In this document: positions 24,690 to 34,122 of the stretch, in pieces
Layout: every line of letters begins with the position of its first letter
Numbering within the stretch: position 1 is the stretch's first letter
Assembly (NCBI GenBank): GCA_024626585.2
Contig: JANKJI020000002.1
Span: 25,111,886-25,146,007 of the forward strand
Reading direction: 5' to 3'
From: Ginkgo biloba
Lineage: Eukaryota; Plantae; Ginkgophyta
DNA length: 34,122 nucleotides
Notes under the pieces: generated by a model
The model's database searches: none
What the model saw: the letters and a program-made list of their open reading frames with translations, nothing else
What the model was told of the DNA's origin: nothing
Translations under genes and position numbers: made by a program

Positions 24690-24920
24690 TTTTGTGTCAT
24701 GGTGGATAATATCGATTACTTCAACTACATGATGTCATGGATAGAGAAATTGAATTTGAGTAATTATCCTTCTAATATATAGAATAAGGGTTTATCATAA
24801 AATATAAATATATTCAAATGGATATACACACACACGCACACACACATTTTGTTTTATTTTGATACCTTATGATGGGTAGAATTAGTCATAACTAGGTTGG
24901 CTATCAATTCATATATTTTG
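24690..24920 (+). mobile_element. Possible hAT transposase remnant
   Basis: VMVDNIDY resembles VVTDNAxNY, and it is followed by ELVITRLAINSYIL, resembling ELxRPAxTRFATNF. An acidic stretch lies at ~25300-25400 and GGTTCTTATG-like short repeats at 24038-24290. Weak. Confidence 0.25.
24826..24846. repeat. (CA)n microsatellite, interrupted
   Basis: ACACACACACGCACACACACA. Confidence 0.9.
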
Positions 24921-26108
24921 GTTCTCATAATAAAATTTTATATAGAAAAAAAAATCTAATAGTATACCTACGACTTAGATGCTAAAGTCCAAAACATATT
25001 AACTCAAAAAAACCATCACTATATTAGTTTTATGATATTTTTCCTTAATTCACTTTGTTATTTCTCCCTCAAACACTTGATTTGACTTTCATAGAAGTGG
25101 TAGAGATGGATGGCTCTTAGAAGTTCAAAATAATTTTATAAAGTAGAAGCTAACAAATTATATCTTAGAAACTAACATGATGAAATGACTCTAGACTAAT
25201 TCCATCTAATAATTATCCTCAACACTTAGAGACAAGTGGTGAACATTATAATATAAATATTTTAAGGAGGTAAACAAAAACAACTCTATCTAATAGTGGA
25301 ATTTTGAAGGATGAAGGTACAAATTATGAGGAGGATATGGAGGCTCAAAAGAGTTTAAAGATGAAGATGATATAAGGAGATATGATGAGGTAATTAGAGG
25401 ACACTTAATATATTAAATATAGAAAGAGATGGACCCAAACATTGGCACATCTAACTACTCTCTAGACACCAAGGCTATGTATTCTATGCTAGGTTCTAGT
25501 CACACTCATCTTCAACTCAAATAGTGTGGACTTTTATTTCTACTCCAATTAGTTTTAAATTTATTCCAACAAATTTAGAATTGATAAGATTAATTACTAA
25601 TAATTCATAGAAATGGGTGGGAAATAAAGGGTATGTCTCTAGTTTTGTTTCAATTATTATTAAAGAAAATTCTAAGGATTTTGGGGGATTATTTTAGAGG
25701 ATTATATAGAATCATAACCTTGGTATGGTTATGAATAATATTATATAAAAGTATCCTTATAATAGTAACTATTGCTAGGCATTGTTTATTAATAAAATAA
25801 TAATTTAATTCATAACCAACCAAGGGGTTCATCATATAATAGATGATTTTTTCAATGTGAGAGGTATCTTACTCCATAAAAACCTCCACTAATGGCCACA
25901 TCAAAATATAAAACGTATGTAATAAGATATTTAAAAAAATTGGTGGCATTAGAATGGGAGTATATGTAAGTGAATTCTTAAGTTTATCAAAACATTTTTG
26001 GTCTTTACCATTCTATGAACAAGTGATTTTATCTGTTGTCAACCAGAGGTAAGGCCATCAAGGGCATCTCCCAATCTGACGTGCGGAAGTAAAATATTAT
26101 CAAACATC

Positions 26109-27145
26109 ATGCACGAGCTAGTTGAAACTACAAACCCAAGGGACTCAAGTGGAATTCCACAAGGATCCAATGAAGGGTCACCTCAAGGCACCAAATAGAG
26201 CTATACCTGGCAAACTCCTGCACCAACAGGATGAGCTAAAGGAGACCCCTTAATTTTTGACATTAGCACTAATTCAATCAAGAAATTGACGAAACGACTA
26301 CTCGGTATAGATCCAAAGAGATCGCAAGAAGAGTCAAACGTCATCTTCCCTACAAATAGTAGGAGTTTCGAAGAAACCTTGGAGTCTATGATCAATGAAT
26401 TCGCAAAAATCACCCTCACAGAAGGAGAAGAAGGACCACCCTGCTGCATCGCAGAAGAGGAGACATCCACCGACGACATCAAGGAATCATTAGATACATC
26501 CAGTGAATGTCACCACAAAATGGACAAACCAGTGAGTGTGCACAAAAATCACCTATTCAAATGGAAAAGCAAGATGAAGTCCAATGGGCATTCAGAGAGT
26601 TCCAGACCCCCACAGCCAATGGGGAACTTGAATCCAACTGGGAATAATCAGGAGGAGTTGAGGCACAAATAGAGAGCCATCAATACAGATCCATTTGTAA
26701 ATTGTGGCCCATCGGTTCATCAGCAAACGGTGAATAGTAATCAAGGATTCTAGAATGCATAGCCTAGTCATCCTTAGAATAATACCTAAGGCAGAAATAA
26801 CAATGGAGGCACACCTAACATGCCCAACTTTAACATAGGAAACCATGGCATCCCACAACAAAATCAAGGAGTGGGAAATACCGAATTCTAGACTTGTCCA
26901 AATGGACAAGGACCTAACAATACCACCTGGGGTACCCATAATCCTAACCTAGGACCAAACACCTCAATGCCTCTGAATGGGGGCAACCAAAATAATTTTT
27001 GTGGAAATCCTACACCTAACCTTAGTTCCCAAATGGGGATACCCAACCTTCGAGGTTAAGCCTGTCCTGGTTTCAACACTAATGCCTTTTCAAACACCAA
27101 TTCCATGGGGGGTACCACTACCTTTAACCAAGGCCCTACCTACCC
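26109..27145 (+). pseudogene. Decayed ~345-codon reading frame with an N/G/P/Q-rich C-terminal half, possibly a retroelement gag N-terminus
   Basis: One frame runs from ATG 26109 to the gap without a frameshift and includes ORF 26286-26672. Its nine stops are all one C->T change from CAG, CAA or CGA. No domain was recognised. Confidence 0.6.
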
Positions 27146-27245
27146 NNNNNNNNNNNNNNNNNNNNNNNNNNNNNNNNNNNNNNNNNNNNNNNNNNNNNNN
27201 NNNNNNNNNNNNNNNNNNNNNNNNNNNNNNNNNNNNNNNNNNNNN

Positions 27246-27903
27246 GACAATACCCACACCAATAATTAATAAACTATTCCTCCTACGTATTTGGATCCAT
27301 TATGGGATACCTTTAACTATCATTTTAGACTGAGATAGTAAATTCCTTACTTATTTCTAAACCATTCTATGAGAGATGATGGATACCAAACTAAAGATGT
27401 TGATTACCATTTATCTATAAATAGATGGACATACATAAGTGGTCAATAGGACACTTGCACATGCACTATAGATCTACAATTATCGACATCTTAAGGCATG
27501 ATTCCCTTCCATAGATCCAACATAACTATAACAAGGCTCTCCATAATTCTCTTTGTATTTGACTATTTAAGGCTCATTTAGGATTTCTTCCTAACTTGCC
27601 TATTCATTTGTATATTTGAGCTCTACCTTATACTTCTTCTTATTTTGAGCAAAAGGTAAATGCATAAGCTACTCATTTCATTAAGTGCATTAGAAAATTC
27701 ATAAGCAAGTATATAAGGTTTTGTTAAAGGTTCAATATAAATATAAAGAAGCAAGTGATAAGCAAATGGTAGATCATATCTTCTAAGTTGGGGATAGAGT
27801 ATGCCTCTATCTACCAAAGGAAAGTTCAAATATAAGGAGAGAAAAATCAAACTACTTTAATATAGTCCCTACATAATTTTGGAGTAATTCAGAGAGAGCA
27901 CTA
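27246..27903 (+). mobile_element. Ty3/Gypsy integrase core and GPY/F region of the element A/B type
   Basis: Reads TIPTPIINKLFLLRIWIHYGIPLTIILD*DSKFLTYF..MMDTKLKM..IDGHT*VVNRTL, HNYNKALH, and LGDRVCLYLPKE..YSPYIILE. Confidence 0.92.
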
Positions 27904-28761
27904 TGAATAAATAACTAGCTAGATAAAACATTGTCCCAAATTTCCCTCTTAGAGATGTTAGACAAAGGGGATAGGACATTAAAATAGCTCTAGTGAAAGA
28001 GTAGAGTTTCTTTGTTCTTTTGGCTGGTAATATGTAAGAGTTGATAGAAGATCATGGAACTAAAGACTTGGTCTAGACACTAGAAATAAACAAAACACTT
28101 TCCTAAGAGGAAGTCAAATCAAACATGCCATGATGAAGGCTACAAATATATTTTAATTAGATATATTTAGGGAAATAAGATCTAATTGATATCACTGACA
28201 AATGATAGAAGAAAGATATAAATCCCAAATTTATATGGTAATGAGTGGGCCACACTTTAGAGTGTTGATATTATATTTTTAAGGAGTTGGTAGTGTGCCC
28301 CTAATGGGGATATGGCAGGATTTTATGCATTGCATACATCTATTGTATTTTTGTACTATGTAAAGCGTTAATTTTATTTTTTGAAAACCCAACTTTACAT
28401 TTGTTTATGTACTATATATTTTCTATAATCTAAAAGAATCATTTCAATAAAAAGTCAAAAAAAAACGAAGTAAAAGGTCATGTAGTCCATTTATGGATTA
28501 GCAATATTTAAAGTGTATGGAAATACAAGTCAAAGCCAAAGTCAGTTTGATTGTAACAACCACGGAAAGACATTTGGCATATGTTATAACTCTTTATTAG
28601 TGTGGCAAAGGACGCGGCTGTTGTAAGAATATTGGAAAGAGTAATATTAATAATGAAAATGAAGCAAACATAACATCCCGTGTCTCTCTCTCTCACAAAG
28701 GAAAGCAGAAGTTGAAGTCGATCAATCAATAATATCGAATAAAATCAATTTATTTATAAAT

Positions 28762-29200
28762 ATGAATATGAATATGAATAATAATAAGATGAAGCAACGC
28801 CGCATCAAGAGAAGAAGAGGAAGAGGGCAGGAGGAGGTGTAGTAGTCCAACATCCTCATCCACTACTACTCCTCATCATCCTCATATTCAATCTCCATGC
28901 AATTCCAATTCCAATTCTGTCCCACAACCACAACCAGATATTAATGCAGATGATAAGGAACAAAACCCATTCTGTTATGCTTCGCCTCCTCCTCGTCAAT
29001 CCTTCTTATCAATTCCTTCTTTCCGCTGCAATTCCAATCCTGTCCCACAACAACAATCACATGTTAATGCAGACGACGTTGATGTTGATGGTGGCGAGAA
29101 GGACCAAAACCCATTGGGTTATGCTTCGCCTCCTCCTCATCAATCTCAATCTCAATCTCCATCACCATCTCTTTCTTTCCGTTGCTACTTATCTTCGTCT
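28762..29200 (+). CDS. Candidate host gene or pseudogene fragment: low-complexity protein with a two-copy peptide repeat, product unknown
   Basis: A CpG-retaining island with an upstream CT tract. Frame 28793-29200 is open up to the gap (SNAASREEEEEGRRRCSSPTSSSTTTPHHPHIQSP-[repeat]x2-CYLSSS). The upstream ATGs (28762, 28789) are one base out of frame and give only a 26-aa ORF ending at 28842. Confidence 0.45.
28898..29182 (+). repeat. Frame-preserving tandem duplication (129 and 156 bp units)
   Basis: Unit 1 reads CNSNSNSVPQPQPDINADDKEQNPFCYASPPPRQSFLSIPSFR. Unit 2 reads CNSNPVPQQQSHVNADDVDVDGGEKDQNPLGYASPPPHQSQSQSPSPSLSFR. Confidence 0.92.
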
Positions 29201-29469
29201 NNNNNNNNNNNNNNNNNNNNNNNNNNNNNNNNNNNNNNNNNNNNNNNNNNNNNNNNNNNNNNNNNNNNNNNNNNNNNNNNNNNNNNNNNNNNNNNNNNNN
29301 TAAACATGCCTACCCCTTACTCGATGTACCAAGTTGGTCGAAGGCTTGAAGGATTGACCTTCAAAAGAGCAAAAGCATATGAACGATAAATCATACGCTA
29401 TTCAACCTTGTAACCTTCTTCAACACTGAATTTATTCTCTTCTCTAAGATTCTGTCCATTGAAATATTG

Positions 29470-29975
29470 GAGAAAGTCTCTAAAATACTCTCGGTTTGTG
29501 TTCTATAGTGACATTGCTTAATAGTGCGCGGTTGTAGAGCACGTCGCTTAAGGGAACACTTATAAATGACACATCACTTAAGAGAGCACTAATGGATGAC
29601 TTCATTGTCAAAAAGCCGAAAAATCAAAAAGATTTAGAACTCGTGCGCCTTCGCACGTGACTCAAGAAATGAGCCGTACACGCCTGTAGAGCTACCAAAT
29701 CACCTACACAAAATCCTAGAAGGGAATCTATGCACTCAAAGGATTTGGAAAACAAGATCTAGGAATTCTAACTCAAATATTCAAAGGCAAGATCTCAATA
29801 AAATCTCCACAATAGTGCATAGTCCGGGTTCTCAAAAGAGTTTCAGAGAAACTCTCTAAAATATTCTCAGTTCAGGTTCTACCATGAAACCACTTAATAA
29901 TGCATGATTGCAGAGGACGTCACTTAAGGGCACACAGTTGCAGAGAGCATTGCTTAACAGTGTGCTCTTAAGCAA
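29470..29975. repeat. ~90-bp direct repeat about 376 bp apart with internal (G/A)CTTAA subrepeats, probably an LTR fragment
   Basis: GAGAAAGTCTCTAAAATACTCTC..ACGTCGCTTAAGGGAACAC (29470-29559) matches GAGAAACTCTCTAAAATATTCTC..ACGTCACTTAAGGGCACAC (29846-29935). Confidence 0.8.
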
Positions 29976-30019
29976 CATACCATACTAGGGTATGATAATA
30001 AGTGACATTAGGTTTTGAT

Positions 30020-32850
30020 CTGATGGATTGTCCACTAAGCATTCTATCTCAACAATAATTAAATTTGTTTGATGGCTTTGATAAATATTTTGGTGAATAG
30101 AATTAATCACCAAACTTATAATTTATCTAATGATCATGCTCAACTTCTCTTAGATCTTATTTTTTATCATCCACTTAGATTTCTATGAGAAAGTTAAGAT
30201 TATTATAGATTACACTTGGTGGTATAATTGATAATAGGCACTACTCTCTCTCACCATATGGAAGTGAATAAAATGATACAATATTCTTCTATCATAATTT
30301 AATCATCTATATAAGATATCGAAGCTTAATGACCTAAATCAAGCATGGTCCAAATAAATTAGGAACATACTAGACTTTACCCATGGTAAATAATTACCAC
30401 ATTTGATTTAGAATTGATTAGACAGTGCTCTTCATAATGAAGAAATAAGTCCTTAATACCATAGCCTAGTGTAATTTCAATATTGGGGGTCTTATGTGGT
30501 CTTAGTAATGGAAATGAATGCAGAGGAAGGGCTATGGAAGGACCATCCCACATTTATTTTGTGAAGAAATTATCCATGATAAATAATACTCCTATCTCAT
30601 TCTGTTTCCATCCCATCTCTCGTCTCTATCCCTTATTTTTATCTCATCACTTANNNNNNNNNNNNNNNNNNNNNNNNNNNNNNNNNNNNNNNNNNNNNNN
30701 NNNNNNNNNNNNNNNNNNNNNNNNNNNNNNNNNNNNNNNNNNNNNNNNNNNNNNNNNNNNNNNNNNNNNNNNNNNNNNNNNNNNNNNNNNNNNNNNNNNN
30801 NNNNNNNNNNNNNNNNNNNNNNNNNNNNNNNNNNNNNNNNNNNNNNNNNNNNNNNNNNNNNNNNNNNNNNNNNNNNNNNNNNNNNNNNNNNNNNNNNNNN
30901 NNNNNNNNNNNNNNNNNTTTCTACTTCTCATTATGAAGTTTAGTCAAAGAAGAAAAATATTAAGAAGACTAGAATTCTTTTTTTTTTAAGAAACCTAACA
31001 CGAGTTTCCATTCTCTTTGAACATTTATTTATGACACATGGCATTTATTATTTATTATTATTTGTTTTTTAAGTGAGGGAAGTGGTCAATCAAACATGTT
31101 TATATATCCTTTCATAGTTTTTATATTAGAANNNNNNNNNNNNNNNNNNNNNNNNNNNNNNNNNNTTATCTATGGCAAATAATTATCACATGTCAAATCT
31201 TCTTGAATGCATTTAATGTATTTAATATATGATAATTTGATTTACATTCATTATCAATTGATATTATATATTCTTGTATAGTTTATTAAAAAAGGCAGGG
31301 TGGTCAGTCCAGCATGCCGATTTCTTTAGTATATTTTAGAAGATATTATATGATAATTTGATTTACATTTATTATCAATGGATATTATATATTCTTTTAT
31401 AGTTTATAAAAAAAAGGTAGGGTGGTCACTCTAGCTTTTTTATTTCTTTAGTATATAGTATTGATGGTCTACCTAGATGGTAGCCAAATAATAGTTCTTA
31501 ATGTGGTTAATGACAAAAAATGGGTTACCACTTTATAGTAGGTTATTAAAAATTATACTCTTTCAAAACTATCCCTTTTACTAGAACCTAAAGATTCCTT
31601 TACATCTTTCTTAAGAATGAATAGAGGAGTGACTAATGCATTATTTATAAAGAATATTACAACCCCCTACAGGTGTAAGAAAATCACCAAATAGATGTGT
31701 CTTCTAGGGGATACTTATGCCTTATGTTTGATTTTAGGATGCATGGATTGAAAATGAATGCATCTTCTTAAACCTCTTGTCATCTAATATCTTATATAGT
31801 GTAATTTGGTTCATTGTCCCTATTTTTTTGATGNNNNNNNNNNNNNNNNNNNNNNNNNNNNNNNNNNNNNNNNNNNNNNNNNNNNNNNNNNNNNNNNNNN
31901 NNNNNNNNNNNNNNNNNNNNNNNNNNNNNNNNNNNNNNNNCAATACTTATTAGACAACAAGCCTGTGGAATTTTTAGCCATAGGGAGGATGCACTAATCA
32001 CCCATAGAATTGTTAGTTACATAGATTTGTATACAAGAGTGACCCTATATGTAGGTTTTTTATCCCATCATATTTGGCTAAGAGGCCATGAGCAAAGGAC
32101 ACCTTTGAACTATAATCACCTTACCTTGATCTTAATCACATCCTATTTGATGTGGAATTAGTTTTGACTATGCATATGTACACNNNNNNNNNNNNNNNNN
32201 NNNNNNNNNNNNNNNNNNNNNNNNNNNNNNNNNNNNNNNNNNNNNNNNNNNNNNNNNNNNNNNNNNNNNNNNNNNNNNNNNNNNNNNNNNNNNNNNNNNN
32301 NNNNNNNNNNNNNNNNNNNNNNNNNNNNNNNNNNNNNNNNNNNNNNNNNNNNNNNNNNNNNNNNNNNNNNNNNNNNNNNNNNNNNNNNNNNNNNNNNNNN
32401 NNNNNNNNNNNNNNNNNNNNNNNNNNNNNNNNNNNNNNNNNNNNNNNNNNNNNNNNNNNNNNNNNNNNNNNNNNNNNNNNNNNNNNNNNNNNNNNNNNNN
32501 NNNNNNNNNNNNNNNNNNNNNNNNNNNNNNNNNNNNNNNNNNNNNNNNNNNNNNNNNNNNNNNNNNNNNNNNNNNNNNNNNNNNNNNNNNNNNNNNNNNN
32601 NNNNNNNNNNNNNNNNNNNNNNNNNNNNNNNNNNNNNNNNNNNNNNNNNNNNNNNNNNNNNNNACCACTCTCTCTATCACTATCAGTCATCACAAAATTC
32701 TCTTCTTTGGTTATATAAACCACCTGATGGGACTCAATTAGGGCCAACTAAGAAGCCCTTGAGGGTTTCACATATCGATTGTGCTTGATTTTACCTTTTT
32801 ATCATGCTAATAAAGTCCCTTATGATTTAGCTCCCAAAGCACTGAGAGCT
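30020..32850 (+). mobile_element. Heavily decayed LINE ORF2 remnants, interrupted, with RT not visible
   Basis: Motifs occur in LINE order: NDHAQLLLDL..PLRF (~30129, APE end), AMEGPSHIYF (~30531), F*DAWI (~31732), IFG*EAMSKGHL*T (~32070, zf-RVT) and HANKVPYDLAPKAL (~32803, RNase H end). Confidence 0.45.
31226..31456 (+). repeat. ~121-bp tandem duplication ending in Helitron-like 3' termini
   Basis: Two near-identical units (31226-31346 and 31347-31456). Unit 1 has the hairpin GGCAGGGTGG-tcagt-CCAGCATGCC (31294-31318), ending 11 nt before the end of TTAG|T. The repeat is certain; the Helitron identity is inferred. Confidence 0.6.
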
Positions 32851-33099
32851 CTTGTACATAAGGTGGTTCTTGTCCTGATAATAAGCTTGATGCTAAAGTT
32901 ATGATCAATTCCCTCATTAACCTTAATGTTGGATTGTTTATTCTGATGATGCTTATGTTTAGCAAGCTTAGCCATATCATTAATATTACCCTAACGCATG
33001 TTATTAATCATATCATTAAGGATGACCATCTTAAGCACATAGGCCTCGAGTCCTGTTTGTAAATGCAATTAAATCGTACTATAAAAAATAAACAAATAG

Positions 33100-33605
33100 T
33101 AAGATAACACGATAGAATGAGTAACAAAATCAACGAAGACCAAATCATTTCTAAGTCTCCAAATCACCCATAAAATATTAGTCCTGGTCATAAGTCAAGC
33201 ATTGTAGAAGGCCTAGTCTAAAACATATACATCTCCTAGTAATGACATATTATGATCTTATAGGCAACATATATAAAAGAAAATAAAGGACTCAATTTTA
33301 GCCTAAGTTGAAGCAATGCTAGAGCAACTCTAAAATAAATGAATAGGTGACTCCTCCTCTTGGCAGATTGAGCACCTTTGAAGAGTGCCTAACTTTGTAA
33401 GTTGTAAATCAACTAGCAAACCCCCATGAACCAACAACAAATAGAAAAGTTTCTTTATTTCCTCAACCCTCATCCTCCAAATAAGTTGAGTGTGATATAT
33501 CCATATCTGCAAGGGATCAACTCGCTTTCTGATCTTGTTGCAACATTCACCTAGATCAAAAAATGGCGTGAGATGGGAGGAGAGGCTTTTCACAATGAAG
33601 TGCAT
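33100..33605 (-). mobile_element. LINE ORF2 C-terminal remnant (zf-RVT region)
   Basis: The minus strand reads IWRMRVEEIKKLFYLLLVHGGL..LTKLG..CSICQEEESPIHLF, followed by ILWVIWRLRNDLVF (~33180-33139). Confidence 0.85.
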
Positions 33606-34122
33606 ACATGGCTGTCAAATACCCAAACTTAGTCCAACCATCAAGCCTTAATATCTTTTAACATTTAAACATTAGGTATCTTGTACATTTTGTTATTTAT
33701 GGCGATTTATCTTTCATGTATAATATAATTATAACGGTCTCTAATTATATATATCATGGGTCTATAATAGTTAACGCCTCTCACTTCACTATAAACGACT
33801 TCATTATGATTTCTTGATAATACACCTATAGAATTTCATCATGCACAAGGTGAGTGAATTCATTTTTAATGATGCTAAGCACTTTACAGGGCATNNNNNN
33901 NNNNGAAATCCTACAAACTATCAATATAAATTTTATAATTAAAAGAATTATAATGCATACCAATTCCATCATGTGCATGTTGACCTATTATTAAAGCCAA
34001 TAGCTTTATTTACTTATATTATCTCATTTTAAAAGGTTTCCTATAAAACTAATATATCTTTCTTTGAAGTATACAAGCAAATCTTGTTTGAGAAGAGCTT
34101 TCTATTATTTGCGTTTAGATTA

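Noticed and set aside
28612-28686. CGCG box and TGTCTC auxin response element
   Set aside because: These short motifs are expected by chance, and TGTCTC is part of a CT tract.
28600-29200. Conserved miRNA/TAS3 locus or a known peptide hormone (CLE, CEP, RGF, IDA, PSK)
   Set aside because: I found no match to remembered mature sequences or motifs on either strand, and the repeats are direct rather than inverted.
29642-29670. Helitron 3' end at the CGTGCG-CGCACG hairpin
   Set aside because: There is no CTRR at the expected distance downstream.
30483-32747. Long ORFs in the track (also 5081-5479 and 2795-2992)
   Set aside because: They consist mostly of N-gap translated as X.
32860-33010. Further RNase H-like words (KLDAKVMINSL on +, R*GNINDMAKLAK on -)
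   Set aside because: They conflict in strand and order, so I cannot assign them by eye.

Overview
This is eukaryotic, AT-rich land-plant DNA with about 17 N-gaps. The pol motifs look gymnosperm-like, which is an inference from remembered consensus sequences and not a database result. Most of the window is nested, C->T-decayed transposon remnants, with no intact protein-coding gene, no rRNA or tRNA gene and no CRISPR array. From left to right it contains: (A) a Ty3/Gypsy gag-pol remnant (1-5464) whose RT is split by a 2.7-kb antisense solo LTR with a 5-bp TSD, and whose integrase appears to resume at 27246; a short LTR-like segment; a LINE (6660-9316); an antisense Athila/Tat-type integrase cut by a 2.5-kb solo LTR that carries an array of GC-rich hairpins; (C) a Gypsy element with 5' LTR, Met-PBS and gag-PR-RT (12411-15553); (B) a gag-protease paralogue of A; (D) a very old non-chromovirus RT-RH-INT remnant (17950-21300) with a probable antisense plant-mobile-domain remnant downstream; a tRNA-derived SINE; a long N/G/P/Q-rich decayed reading frame; a CpG-retaining, gene-like island encoding a tandemly repeated peptide (28600-29200); and LINE remnants on both strands around tandem Helitron-like 3' ends. 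All translations and alignments were done by eye, so boundaries of the decayed elements are approximate. I found no convincingly new system. The best leads are the hairpin array, the repeat-peptide island and the antisense PMD.
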